The notes under the pieces: generated by a model
Database searches by the model: none
Seen by the model: only the letters and a program-made list of their open reading frames with translations
What the model was told of the DNA's origin: nothing
Program-made: the position numbers and the translations under genes
Assembly (NCBI GenBank): GCA_013265495.1
Contig: MU058714.1
Coordinates: 744,001 to 808,000, forward strand
Source of the DNA: Vicugna vicugna
Taxonomy: Eukaryota
DNA length: 64,000 nt
Reading direction: 5' to 3'
Shown: piece by piece, positions 46,557 through 59,900 of the stretch
How positions within the stretch are numbered: position 1 is the first letter of the stretch
How the letters are laid out: every line of letters begins with the position of its first letter

Positions 46557-47500
46557 TGCGCGCGCACGCGCATGCGTGTGTGCTTCAGGAGTTTTATGTA
46601 TAAGGTCATGTATTTCGCAGGTAGAGAAAGTTTTATTTCTCCTTCCCAATCTGAGTGCCCTTTATGGCGTGTTCTTGCCCGACCGTCCTGGCTAGACCCT
46701 CTTGGGTGGTGCTGAATGGATGTGGGGGCAGCGGACACCCTTGCCCGTTCCTGGCCCTAGGGGGAGAGCTTTCAGTCCTTCGCCCAGACGGTGGTGTCGG
46801 CTGTGGGTTTTCCGTAGATGCCCTCTGTGGGGTTGAGGGAGTTCCTTCTGTTCCTGGCTTCTCTGTTTTTCTCGTGAAGGGGTGTTGGGCTGGCCGGGTG
46901 CTTTTCCTGCACCTGCTGAAGTGTTCACTTGCCTTCACTCTGTTAGTGTGGGGTGTTGTCATGTTGACTGATTTTCACATTCTGAGCCACTCTTGCATTT
47001 GTGGAATAAACCCCACTTGGCCGTGGTGTGTAATCCTGTTACTATGCAGCTGAATTTGATTTCCTAGTATTTTGCTGAGAATTTTTGCATCTATATTCAT
47101 GAGGGACATGGGCCTGCAGTTTTCCTGTGGTGTCTCCGTCTGGCTTTGCTGTGAGGACAACACTGGCCTCACAGGATGGTGAGGAAGCGCTCTCTTCTCT
47201 TCGGGAAGAGGCTGAGGACTGGCGTTGACTCTTGTTGAAACCTTGGGCAGAGTCGCCAGGGAAGGCCCCGGCCCCGTGCTTGTGTCTGCTGGGAAGGTTT
47301 TGGTTACTGATTCAGTCTCTGCGTGTTGCAGTTCTGTGAAGACTTTCTGTTTCTTCTTGAATCAGCCGATAGTTTGTGTGTGTCTAGGGATTTGTCCATT
47401 TCGTCCAGACTGCCCAGGTGTTGCATGTAATTATTCATGGAGTTTCTTTCTGTGTCTGTGATGGTGTGCTGGTGTCCTCTGTCACTCCTGATGTTAGCAG
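45250..47500 (-). mobile_element. Large degraded LINE-1 (ORF2 and 3' UTR) remnant
   Basis: Minus-strand translation [36 protein letters not shown] resembles L1 ORF2 reverse transcriptase; many stops and deletions. Confidence 0.85.
46525..46583. repeat. (TG)14 microsatellite followed by an alternating purine-pyrimidine (CG/CA) tract
   Basis: Read directly; lies inside an L1 remnant. Confidence 0.9.
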
Positions 47501-49680
47501 TCAGTGTTGCCTGAAGTGCCCTCTCCCCACCCTCAAGATGTCCCCCCAACCAGTGCCTACCCCGGTGGTGGGCATGGATACAGCTTGAGCTGCTCGGAGG
47601 GCCGGGTGCCGGAGTTCATGTTGGAGGGGTTCTGGGGTCCGTGGGAGCGCCGGAAAGCAGCATGGTGGGGAGTGGGAGGGGCTTGGAGGCCACATGTCCC
47701 TCCCACCTCCACCCCCACCTCCGGGGTCTACCCTGCAGGCCACGTGGGGCCCTAAGTGTGGCAGTGTCTGGGCTCCTTCCCACAGAACCTTAAAAATAGG
47801 GCCGAGACAATATCCATCTTCACAGACCACAGGCCCCAGAACCAAGAATAAGTCTCGAACCACTCAATAATTCAGGTTGGATCCAAGTCGATCTTCCTGT
47901 CAGCCTGGCAGGCATCGTGCCCCTTCCCAGAGTCCACACGCTGCCCGGGGACTGGGACTGAGAGGCTACCACGAGGTGGTGGGCCACTGCAGGTCACACC
48001 CAGGCCCCTCCGGGCACCACCCCAGTCTGTCCCCCTCCCCTCTCTTGGAGCAGCAGGAATGGAGGACGCCCAGGGCTGGGAGTGGCCCTTTGTGATCAGG
48101 TCAAACCCAAGCCCCAGGGAGGAGGCCCGGCCGTGTTCCTAGCTGTGCGGGGACCCCTCCTCTGCCCCCTACTTTTTGACATTGGCCTCTTTGGGCTCGG
48201 GTCTGTGCTGGGATCCTCGGCCCCACCTCCCCTCCCCTCCCAGGCTTCTGGGGTTTCAACCCTCCAGGGCCCGAGGGGCCAGCCTGGGCTCTGGGGGAGC
48301 CAGTATCCCCCGCCTTTGGCCCCAGTCACTGTGCACACACACCCCTCAGGGTCTGCCTCTGGCCTCCTCCTGGAAGTGTCCCTAAAGGGACCTCACCTGG
48401 GGCCTGTGGGGGAACACCCGGGGACAAGGAATCGGGCCCTGGGTTCTGGCCCAAGGCCTCTGCACTTGTTGGGGTTTGGGGGCCAGGTGGGGGGCCTCTC
48501 TGCCTGGTCCACCCACTGCAGGTTTGGCCCGGCCCCAGCAGCCCCTGGCCAGGCCCTACATGGAGTTTTACCAGATTATTAATTAAAGGCACAGGCATGC
48601 AGCAGCAGTGACACCCAGATGAATAGCGCTCTGGGTAATTAGCGAGGTGCCATGGAAGTGATGGAGCGCTGCCCGCTATCCCTGGTTCACCTCCCGGGAA
48701 GCAGGAGCCACTTCTCGCAGTTCCCTGTCACGGTGGGCGATGCTGGGGCCGCGTGGGGCCTGTGGGCCGGAGGGGCCAGGGCACAGCTGTTGCTTGTGGA
48801 CAGGGCTGGGCCCTCCCCTGGCTGGTTCCTCCCCACCCAACCCGGAGGAAAATGGGGAGGGGGCGGGAAGGCGGGAGGCAGGCTATGGGGGAAGGGTGCT
48901 GGTGGAGACAGGCAGGCAAGCGACCAGGAGCGGCTCAGAGAGGAAATCTCGGGCACAAGGGGGTCCTGCCCTGGAAGAGGACGTCGCTCCCTGGGCCCTT
49001 CCCTGGGGCTGCAGGCGCCTAGTGGGGAGCAGGCTGCAATGTTTTTGTCTTTTTGTTACATGAATTGCACTGTGTTTTGGTGGGTTTTTTTTAATCAAGG
49101 TTATTAATGTAAATACTTCAAATAGTCAAATACTTCTGTGCGACTGGAAATGAAAACCCAGTAGCTCCTTACTCACCTACTCCTCTCCTGGTCGCTCCTT
49201 CTCAGAGGCAAGTTTTTGTGATTTTATAGGGATTTTTTGGAGGGTAGGTGGTGGTTCTGTTTTGTTACTTCTGAGTAACAGGCTGATGCTGGCTTTCGGT
49301 GGTTTTTAGATTTAGAAGCTATCCGCTGACTGTCTGCTGTGGGGCTTCAGAGTGTGTTCCCTCACGTAGCCCCTCACGCGCACACGCACGCGCGCTTTCC
49401 TTCCACCCATCTTCTCGTCTTGCTTGCATCAGGATTCAGTGTGCGTTGTTCTTGCTCTGCACGTACTGTTCGCAGCCGGGTGGTGTGTCGTGATTGCGTC
49501 TTCTTTCTCGTGCAGCCTCTCGTTTCCCTGCCCTGGATAGCTGCCTCATGGTTTGGGGTTGATTTATTTTCTGTGTGCCCATTACTTACTTCTGCCCAAA
49601 CCCTGCAGTGGAAATATAAATCTCTTTTCGGGACAGTTAAAAGCATCAGGCCGTCTTGAGTTCATTTTCTTCTCCAGGCC

Positions 49681-50171
49681 TGTGGTAGCCAGCCTCCAAG
49701 GTGGCCCCTAGGGATCCACACCTCCTGGGACTGGTGTACTCTCTGGCCACGCTGGACCAGGTCCATCTGTGTGACCAGTGGGGGTGCGGAAGTGAGGGTG
49801 TGTCACTTCTGATCCTAGCCTAAACACATTGGGACTTTTGTCTGGATGGTACCCCTCCTTCTCTCTCCCCCTCATTATTCACTCTGAGGGAAGTTAGCTG
49901 CCATGTCGTAAACTGCCCTGTGAGGTCCACCTGGCGAAGAACCGAGCCCACCTGCCATTCACCATGTGAGGGAGCTGTCTTGGAAGTGCACCCTCCAGCC
50001 CTGGTCAAGCCTTCAGATGCCCACAGCCCTGGCTGTCATCTGACTGCAAGCTCACAAAAGACCCTGAGGCAGAGCCAGCTGGCCGGTCTGCTTCCTGTCC
50101 CTCACACACTGTGTGAGATCATAGATCTTTGTTCTAGAATAAATCTTTATGCAGCAAAACATAACTAATAC
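49681..50171 (+). mobile_element. MaLR (MLT1-type) LTR
   Basis: Starts TGTGGTAGCCAGCCTCCAAG; has CCAGCCCTGGTCAAGCCTTCAGATG; ends GCAGCAAAACATAACTAATACA. Confidence 0.75.
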
Positions 50172-50530
50172 ACGCCACCCCTCCCATACCCCCGTCTCCA
50201 CTGCTTGTGTACCTGCTGCGCGTCCATCACCAGGCACTGCTCTCCACCCTCATCCCGCTCCTGTGTTGAGCCTCCCCTTTGCTGTGTTGGCATGTGTCAT
50301 CTGGTGTCTTCTCGGGAACCAGGCGCAGGAGAGCTGTGACCCCACCCCGGCCCCTGCCCTAGAAACCGGGGAGGCCTGGGGAGGAGGCCTCTTTAAGTGC
50401 CCAGAAGAGTAGTTTCTAAGGCCCGAGGACACCGTGACGTTGTTCAGGCCTCAGTCAGCAGCCTCTAGATGGACTGCATTGCCTCTCTCTCCCAGGTAGG
50501 TGCGAGAGCCTCCTTGTGTGGGGCAAGGCC

Positions 50531-50551
50531 GCCGCTGTCCACGGTGCTGAA
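50531..50551 (-). promoter_or_regulatory. RE1/NRSE (REST-binding) element
   Basis: Reverse complement is TTCAGCACCGTGGACAGCGGC, near-identical to canonical TTCAGCACCACGGACAGCGCC. Confidence 0.8.
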
Positions 50552-53500
50552 GCCAGGGCCGCGTGTCGGCCTGGACGGTCACGCCCCTGGTGCTCCCGCT
50601 TCCCGCCTGTCCGGCCTGCGTCCACTCTGTCCAGGCCCCGCCTTCCTGCACCAGGCTGTCTCCCTGCCCTGGGCCCCTCTTACTCTTGTGAGCAGACCCC
50701 ACGTGGGTTCTACAGACAGGCTGGAGTAAGACCCTGTAGGTGTTTGAGCTGAGAAATCACCAGATTACATGTGACGGAAGCTGCCTTAAACCACCTTAAG
50801 CAAAAGTAGGGGCTTGTCAGTTCACTCCAGGGCAGAGCTGGCTGTGCGTGGCCGGCTTGGCACACATCTGCCCTCTCCCTCTGTGCCGTTACAAGGGGCC
50901 TCCCCTCTGCTTGCTGGATGGCTGGCAGCAGCCCCAGGCTGACTTTCTCCCGTGAAGTGTTCCCAGGAGAAGTGCACCTGTCTATGCCAAAGGCTGCAGC
51001 AAAATCCCCAGGCCTTCAGTTCTGGATGGACTGTGATCGCTGCTTGATTTGATCCCATTGTGGCTGGAGGAGGGGGGCTGTTCCAGCTTGAGCCGGGGAG
51101 GAGAGTCAGCACAGCCCACCTTATGGAGGGGCACTTCTCAGTGGACAGGAAGAGCGTGGCCACCAGAAGAAGGCACACCTCGTTGGGGAAACAGGGCAGG
51201 GGACATTCTCGGGGACATGCGGTAGCTCCAGGCTTTCTCAGGACACGCAGTCCCCAAGGCCCTAAGGAAGCACTGTCTCTTCCCAGCAGCACCCCATTTT
51301 GTCTCCGAATAATTCTCTTTCAGTGCCAGCGGGGAATGGCGTGATTAAGGCTCCATTATTAACTTGCCAATCTTGTTTCTGGGGCACAGACGCTGACGGC
51401 TTAGGGGACCCAGTTGGCATATAACGAGGTCTCCATGACAAATTACTCGGGTATCAATTAACTATCTAGGGAAATGTCAAGTAGGATCCGTCATGCTGGT
51501 GGCGAGGGACAGCCAGTTACCCCAGAGCGGTTAGTCCGATCCACGCGCTCGCCTGCCTCAGCCTCCAGCAGGGCTGGGAATGAGGGAAAGGGCCTGGATG
51601 CGGGGCTGGCGGGGCCTGGCCTCCATCTCCCCAGGACACACTTCTGCAGTCGTGCTGGGGCTCACAGCACAGGGCTCTCGCCTTGCAGCCTGCCTCTGTC
51701 CATTGTTTCGTTCATTCCACAGCCACCTGCTGGGTCAGGCCCAAACTGGTCACTGCAGTGAAGGGGTGGGGCAGTGCTGGGGAAGGACAAACATGCAGGC
51801 AAGTGTCCGTGACTTGTGTGGTTTCTGCAGGCTCCAAGAGGGATAAGAGCATCCTCAGGGCAGGGAGGAGGGAAGGGCAGACTCCAGGGGGCTAAGGGCG
51901 GGGCAGGGGGGTGAAGAAGGAGTTGCTAGGTCCCAGGGTGAGGGGCTGGGCGGGGGGCAGTCAGGACCTCAGCACAGACACGACAGCACCCCAGGCCCAG
52001 CGCTCGGAGCCTTTGGCAGTGAACTGGCAGGCCTGGGCAGAACCTGGAGACACGATTCCGAGCCGTAAGCCTTGGAGACATTTTCTTAAAACTTTGCGAA
52101 TCCTGTTTTTCTCACCTGTGAAGTGGAGCTAATAGCCCCCCATTTGCAGGAGTGTTTTGAGGGCGCATGGTGTCCTGTGCAGCCTTGCCGGCCTAAACGC
52201 AGGTGCTGGCTGAATCTGGTTCCCCTTCTTCCCGCAGGTGAAGCCTTGGCCCCCAGCTCACCAGGGGGAGGCTCAGATGGAGCATGTGCTGGTGGGGGGG
52301 GCACAGGGAGAAGGGCATCCTGGAGGAGGTGGCGTGGGCTGGCCAGGGGCACACAGCAGATGAGAGGCTGAGGGGCAGGGCTTAGACTCTAGCCACCCCA
52401 CATGGTCACACCATGCCTTTTGGGGTTTGCTTTGTTTTCAGGAAACACCCTGATCTCCTGGGGATGTGTCCCTCCTGGTGAGGATCAGTGACCCTACTCT
52501 GACCTCACCCTCTTCCCATGCCTCTGCCCATGTTCCCCCAACCTAGCCTGCCCCTCTGTTAGTGGTGACCCCCACCCTCTGGTAGCCCCCACCCCACTTC
52601 TGCTCGGCAGGTGATTGGCAGCTGCCACTTCCCAGCCCCCAGCCATGGAGCCTCATGCTTATTCATGACACTGACATTTGTCACCTGGCGGGGGGGGGGG
52701 GGGGGACCAATTGTGAGAGTGCAGCGTGTCCCCATTCGAGCCCTGCTGAAGCAAAACAAACGCAAGATGTGAGGGGAGAAGAGGCGGCGGCAGCCCGGGG
52801 GCGAGTGCGTGCCTGCACCGCGGGGGCACTGGGAGGAGGGGGACCAGAGGGTGAAGGTGGGGAGAGGGAGGCTGCAGGGCTTGGGAGAGAGCTTTGGTTG
52901 TCATGGCTTCTGGGGTGTCAGCTAATGGGGTCCTTGGAAGCCAAGCTGTCCAGCCCTTTGCCCCAGGCTGGCTAGCTCACACCAGCCTAAGACCCCTTTC
53001 ACCCCTCTCCCCCGCACCTCTCTCACGGCCAGAGGCCATGAACAAGGCGAGGACTCGGCAGCCGGCAACCCTGTGTGCACATCACTGAGATGTTCTTACT
53101 CTTTCCAGAATCAGGAAAACCTAGCTAAGATCAAACCAGCGTCCGTAGGGCTCCAGGCTTGGCCAGTCTCTTTTGCTGTTTCTGTTGAGGATGGAAGAGT
53201 GTGTGCCCCACCCCACATCAGTGGGCGGGGGTACTGCAGCCTCCCCCGCCCCGTACTTCCCCTCCCCTAGGCTGGGCTGGCCCTCCAGTGTTCTGGCCCC
53301 CATGGGCTGTGTAGCTCTGCCCTCAGCTGGGGAGAGCAGAGCCGAGGCAAAGGCTGGGCTCTTGGGGTCCGCAGCCAGCCCCTCCTCCCAGGCCCGGGGC
53401 TGGAGCCTGCTGCCATAGAAACGAGGCTGTCTGCCAACTGGCCACATGCATCCTGGAAAATAGCAGGTGAGTCCCGGGACCACTGGGTCCAGGAACTGTG

Positions 53501-55899
53501 AGCACCTCCAAGGAGGCCCAGCCCTAGGTCCCTTGGCCCTGCTGGCCACCTGCCCCCGTTTGCTGCAAGAAGTCAGAAAAGAGAAGGGAGCTGAGGGGGC
53601 CTGGAATGAGGCCAGGGGCCCTGCAGAACAGGGGTCTAAGGCAGACTGCCAGTGAGGAGCCTGCCCCATGAGTACTGACCGAGGGTCTGACCCTTGGGGA
53701 GGAGCTGGATGCTCTGAACCCCCTTCCACAAGCCTTCACACACACTTTGTACAGTGGCATGCCTCATGGGGTTGGTCCTTGGGGTCCACCAACCCCCACA
53801 CTTCAGGCCTTTCCTAGGGGGTCAGGGAGCTGCAGGACTCTGTCCCCCAAGGGGGACACCCGCCAACTCCCTCCCAGGCAGCTGGGGGTAGGGGGGCAGA
53901 GCAAGGGAAGTTCTTGATTCCAGCCACGGACACCCTGGTCCCCAGCCCTGGTAGGCTCTCTGGGTGGCCTGACTTCTCCTGGCCTTGCCTTAGATGCAGG
54001 GCCCCTGCCTCAGCCAAATGTCGCGTGAGCCCCCGCGCCTGGCTGGCATGCACACGGCGTCCGGCAGGCGCGGGGCCGCCGAGCTTCAGGCACCGCTGTG
54101 CACGGAGGCATCTGCTGCTCACTGTCTCGGGGCAGATGGGCTGCAGTGAGCTAAGTGTGTGCGGGGGAAGGGGTGCCATAGGAACCCCTTCCCGCGGCAG
54201 TGTGGGGGCGGGAGAGGCAGGCACCCGCCTGGGGAGAGCCAGGCTCGCTGGAGGGAGGGGCTGGGATCACAGGGGCTTCCAGTTTGGGGTGAGGCCCGTG
54301 GTGCTGGTTCCTGGGTGGGGGGCTCAGGAAATCCTGGTAAGACCGCCAAGGGGACGCAGGGCCTGAAGGCACTGGTCAGGTGACCTCGGGCTGGTCTCTT
54401 TCCTCTCAGAACCTGAAGGAGCTTCAGCAGGATGGGGTGTCCTGCCATCTGTGGGGCCTCCTGCCCGGGTGTGAGGGTGGGGGGATGCCAGCACAGTCTG
54501 GTTAGGGAAGCGCTGTGTGTCCGGCAAGGTCACTCTGCAGAGTGGGACTCAGTGCCAGAGCGGGAACCACACAGCGAGGGTCCCATCAGGCGAGGGGGGC
54601 AGGGCTGCTGGGCAGGATGCTGACTGAAGTAGGGGACCCCTGCCCCTGCCCCAGACCTGGCTGCCCCAAAGCCCAGCCCAGCCCACTGGACCCGGGACCC
54701 TCTGGGGAACTGGGGCCCATGGAAGGGGGAGGTGTGGGAAAGTCAGCAAGGAGACAGCCCCAGAGCACCAGTGGCCTCAGAATCGTGCTCAGGGGCCACC
54801 TGGAGGGCCTGGGGCAGAGAGGGTGGCAAACCCAGAATCCTGCCCCAGGAGGCTAAGGGCTTCTCATTCATGACTGTGGTGAGCAGAGTCAGTGGGGCCT
54901 GGCTCAGCCCCCGGCGTGTGGCAGACACTGCCCTGAGCACTTGGCACTGTGGCCTTCAGTAATCGGCACAGTAGCCAGGGCAGGCAGCCACTCCCCCGTT
55001 AGACAGAAGTGGAGACTGAGGCTTAGAAAGACTGCATGGCTGGCGGAGGCCTGGGGCCAGTTGGTGGCCAAGCGGGAATGGAGCCCGAGGCCAGCTGGCT
55101 GCGCAACCCTGCTGGTCCTCCCCACCCCCAGGCCTCCCCTGCCAGGTGCCTGGCCCCTCCACAGCTCCAGAAGCCCAGGGGAGGGCGCCAGGTGGGCTGG
55201 GGGGGGGTCCCCTTCTCCTTCCTCCATCCCTGGGCGGTCCCCACCCGCCCCTGCAGCCGCCTCCGCCCGGCTGTGGTGACTCAGCTCAGCTGTTCCGCGG
55301 CCGCTCTGCTAGCCGGTTTTCTTTTCCAAAGTATGACATTGCCACTGTGCTGTAGCAGGGTGGCTGCTCTGCCCAGGAGTGCCCGAGGTGGCTCCAGCTG
55401 GAGGTGGCCGAGGTGGCCAGATGACTGGGCCTCACCCTCAGATTCTGGTCATGGGCAGAGAGACTGCCACCTCCGAAGTGGCACAGCCCTCACCTTAGTT
55501 CTGCCTGAGCGGGCACAGTGCCAGGGGACACCTGCCAAAGTCACCCTCCACAGCTGCCTCACGACTCAAAGACCTGTGTCCTTGCCATTGTGGGTTGGGC
55601 ATCAGGATACCAGAAGTCCTCCTAGGGAGGACGGCCTGGAAGCCAGGGCCCAGTTTTCAAGAAGGGGGTGAGAAATGGAGAGATGTGTCCTGGAGGAGAC
55701 TGAGCAGCGGGGCTGACCGACGTGGGGAAGGAGGGGCTTTCCCGCAGTGAAGGAAGCTTCCCTGACACTTGGGCCTGTCCGCGGAACTCACTGTTTTGTT
55801 AGGTGGTGAATCCCCTGTCCCTAAGAGGATTCAAGCCCTTGCATGGACAGGATTGTTCATGGGAGTGAGCCCAGTGTGGTGGGTTGGTGGGAAGAGTAT

Positions 55900-56075
55900 T
55901 AAAAGAAAACCCGGAGTTGGATGTTTGGGGTTCAAGTCTCAGATCTGTGTAAACTCAGGCAAGACAAGCCTCTCAGAACCTCAGTCTCCTCATCTGTAAA
56001 ATGGGATTAGTATCTCCCTCGTAGGCAGTACTGAGGATCCAACGAGACAGTGCAGGAGGAAGGGCCATGCAAACC
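55900..56075. mobile_element. MIR fragment (similar cores at ~58980-59135)
   Basis: CCTCAGTCTCCTCATCTGTAAAATGGGAT MIR core. Confidence 0.65.
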
Positions 56076-56634
56076 GCGGCGTGTGTACAGATGTTTTTAT
56101 ATTCTGGTTCTGACCCGTGCATCTTGACAGTTCTCTATCTCTGAGAGCATTTTCTGCCAAGGACAGAAATGAGCCCCATCAGAGGAAACGGCTCAGACTC
56201 CAAGAGGGAGGCTCTGGGGGAGGGGAAAGGAAGCTCTGTGAGGTGGGGTGTCAGACAGAGGGGTTGTGGGACCCACCCTCCCCCTTGTGCCAGGGCAGGA
56301 GTGGCAGGCAGCTTCCTCCGTCTCCTGGACTTGGAGATCTTGGGGGTCTGAGATGCACGGGGGGCCTGGGAGCCCTCTAGGGGATGGGCTGTTCGTGGGG
56401 CCTGGCCTTGGGGAAAGACAATGGGGAGACTGGGGTGGTGGGAGACTGTCTGGGCAGCTGCAAGCTGACTTGGTTTCAATAACTAAGAGGAGGTCAGAGG
56501 GTCCCCCATTTGCAGAGCTGGGGTGGCTGGCTTCTCCAGCCCAAACTTTCTTCCCCACTGCCACCCCTGCCTCACCTCTTTCCCTCCTCCTTCATCCCTG
56601 GGCCCACGTGCTCAGTGCCCATTTCTCATGCCTC

Positions 56635-56900
56635 TTGGAGTGGACTGAATGGGGCCCCCAAGAGATGCGTCCACCGGCAACCTCAGAATGTGACCATACT
56701 CAGGGTAAGAGCCTTTGCGGGTATAACCAAGTTAAGGACCTTGAGATGAGCGATGAGATCACCCTGGGTTAGGGCGGTCAGGTGTCAGAAGAGAAAGGCA
56801 GAGGGAGATGTGAGGCTCAGAGGCTGGAGTGGCCCACCAAGGGTCGCCAGCAGCCACCAGAGGCTGGGCCAGTGTCTCCCTTGGAGCGCAGCAGCGGCTG
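56635..56900 (+). mobile_element. MaLR (MLT1-type) LTR fragment
   Basis: TGGACTGAAT..CCCCCAAGAGAT..AACCTCAGAATGTGACC..GTTAAGGACCTTGAGATGAG. Confidence 0.6.
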
Positions 56901-59900
56901 GGGATTTGGGCTGGAGGAGACCTTTGTGGACTAAAGGAGTCCTTGCAGGGCTCCCTGCCCTCCGCCTTCTCAAGGGGGAGCCAGGGCTGCTGTCCCTGGG
57001 CTGCTCCAACCAGATTCCCCCGAGCAGACGGCTTCAGGAGTGGGAGGCAGCAGGAAGCCAATCCCCCCGCACCTCTCTTCCAGCAAGGGTGGCGACAGGG
57101 TCCCCGGCTTTCGGGCAGCAGTGCCCTCTCACCCGTGGGCTGCCTGGTCCGTGCCCAGTGGCAGAGGCCCTGTGGTGGGGGTGTGGCTCCCAGAGGTGTG
57201 CCCACCGGGCAGTAACTTTCTTTCCTGTGAGTGGGATCTGCTGGCTCCAGGCTGGTTCCCCGCTCTGTTCTTGGGGCAAGGAGGTCATTCCCCAGAGGGG
57301 AACTCCTAGAGGCCCTTTCCCTGCTGACCCAGCTGGATGAGAGCTGACCCTGCCCCGGGGCCTCTGGGGGTGGGGCTGGCCAAGAGGCCCACGGGGTGAG
57401 GAGGAGGAGGGGCTCACCGCCTGGGCAGGGGGCACCACAGTCAGGGCGTGCCGGCCCCGCTCTCCCCGCGGCCTCTCCCCTGGGCCTGCTACCCGCCTGC
57501 CTCCCTCCTCAGGCCTTGTCCCCCTCCCTCCTGCTCCTCCTCTCCCCTACACCCTTCTTAGAAGTGAAGTCATCTAGAAAAATAATCAAAAAATAGAAAG
57601 AAAAAAAAGCTAAGAAAATGGGATTTTTTTCCCCTTCAAACATTTGGTGAGACACCTCCCACACAGATGAGTGTCCACCGGGGCCTGTTTTTGTCCAAGG
57701 GAGACTCAGGCCTGACTCTCTTAAGTGGTGTAAGCCAGGTGGGCCTCCCTCCGTGGGGGTCTGCCCCGAGCCTCTTCCTGCAGGCGGGCGAAGCTCAGCC
57801 CCTGAGGCCTGAGACCCCAGGATGGCCTCAGCAGGAAGCCCACAAGCCCCTGAGGCAGGGGCTGGCAGGAGAGAGGGCAGGAGGGTTCAAGTTCAAGGAG
57901 AGTGGATAATAGCTCCTAAGTGAGGTCTCTGCCTCCAGTCTCTCCCCTCTTCCTGCCGGCCCACGCCCTGCCGCAGAGTTCTCGTTTATTTATTTATAAT
58001 TTATACTCAGCCTGCTTCTAAGAAAGCTCAAGGCACTTGCTGAAAAGCTGCTTCTATGAGCTCAGTGGCACTCCGTCAGCCTCGGGCTCGAAGCACATGG
58101 ATACTTCTTGGGGCTCGACCTGGCCCCAAGAGGCAGCCTCTCCCTCCACCCTGATGTGCACTCAGCTGCCAGAAAGACCCTCCCCCCCAGGGCAGCTGGC
58201 TGGGGTGATATGGCTGGGAGGGTCTTCTCCCGTCTCAGGACCAGCCCCTTCCTCTCTGCAGCCTTCTCTGACCCTGGCGGGGGGGGGTGGGGGGGTGGCT
58301 GGGGGCGTCTGCATCTCTCTCCTGCCCCTCAGACCTCTGTTCAGTGTCACAGTCACCCAGCACAGGCTGCTCCTTTCGCCCCAACTGGACCTGCCTGGCC
58401 CCTGAAGGGGTGAGACCAAGTCATGTCATCGCTGATGACAGTGGAGGACACGGTGGTAGGGGGGCTCCCCTCCACATCTGGAATGGGATTAGACCCGGGG
58501 TGCGATGTGTCTTGGGCAGAGGTTCCCACGGTGGACGTGCAGGAAGGGAAGGGCCTGTGGGGGAGGTCTGGCAGGGGAGAGGCTGCAGAGGAGGGCAAGG
58601 GTCACCCTGATGGCTTCGTCTGAACCCCAGGTAGAGACCAAAGATGCCTTTTTTGCCTACTTCTTCAGGACCTGGGTGACCAAGTGCAAGTCCAATGACC
58701 AGGGAGGGGCGGGGCACCCGGTGCAGCAAGGACCCAAGTGACCACAGCTGCACTTGGCATCCTCATTCTGAACTTACCCGGACCAGATGGGCCTCAGGAC
58801 TTCTTGCTTCCCGCGGGAGGGTCACCTTTGATCCTGGGTCTCCCCTCCCTCAGCCTCGCTTCTTTGGGATCACTTTTCCATCTCGTGGCAAAATGGGCCA
58901 GCGTGGGCACCGCTGGCTCTCTCTCAGCCCCACGCCAGCCAGGGCCAGATAAGGGGCTGCCCCCGGACTGCGTGCAGACGGCACTTGGTTTCTCCAGCCC
59001 CCAGCTCCTCCTCTGTAAAATGGGGCTAATGACAAAGGCCTCAGCCCTGTGCTAACAGTAGACAAGATAAAGCTCCAGAGCACACACTCGCCTCCGTCTG
59101 CTCTCAGAGCCTCAGTTGTTCCATCTGTAAAATGAAGCCTTCTCTCAGGCTGTAGATCTGACTCCTGCAGAGAGGCTGGATGCCTCTGCCAGCTGGGAGG
59201 GCACATACTGGCCAGGGCCGGGGGCTACACCCCTCTCCTACCATTTTCGGGCTCAGGATCCCACTGGCCTGTGTCATCAGTCATGACCAATGTCCATCCC
59301 TCCCTCCTTCCCTCAACCTGAGCAGAGGGAGCCCTGACTAGGCAGGGCCCTCAGGAAGCCTCAGTGGCAAGCACAATGCCGGGCGGGCGTGCCGGGGGTG
59401 CACTGCCACTTGGCGGGCACACAGCAGAGCGTGGCCTTCCTCTAGTGCTGGTGTGCCTCCTTGCCATTGTGTTCCAGGGGGCCACAGATGCCCTGGCTGT
59501 GGGGGTTGAGGCAGACCAGATGTCCACTCCAGGCCACCATGCCCCGCGCCAAGACAGTGCAGCATGGCCCCCTGCTGACGCAGCCCTGGAACCCTTGACT
59601 TGGGAGCTGCGAGGGAGGGAGGGAGGAGAGGAGCCAGGTGGCTCTGTCTTCTGAAGGAAATGCCTCTGAGCCACAGACTGGCCTGGGAGAATCTGGCTGC
59701 CCGGATGGCCTGTGGCCAGCTTCCCGTGAGTCTGGCAGCATATGGCTGCCCTGGCTCGCCCAAGCCAAACGCCATGCAAAGAGCTCCTCCCCCAGTCCCC
59801 ACACCCACAGGGAAGCCAGTTGTCCGGACTCTTGGATGCAATTCTGGGCAGCCCTTCATGCTCATCTGGCTTCCTGCCTGAGAATCAGCATTGGGCCCTG

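Noticed and set aside
46702..46716. TTCAGCACC half-site (minus strand; another at ~60153 plus)
   Set aside because: Right half-site absent, and both lie in LINE-derived sequence
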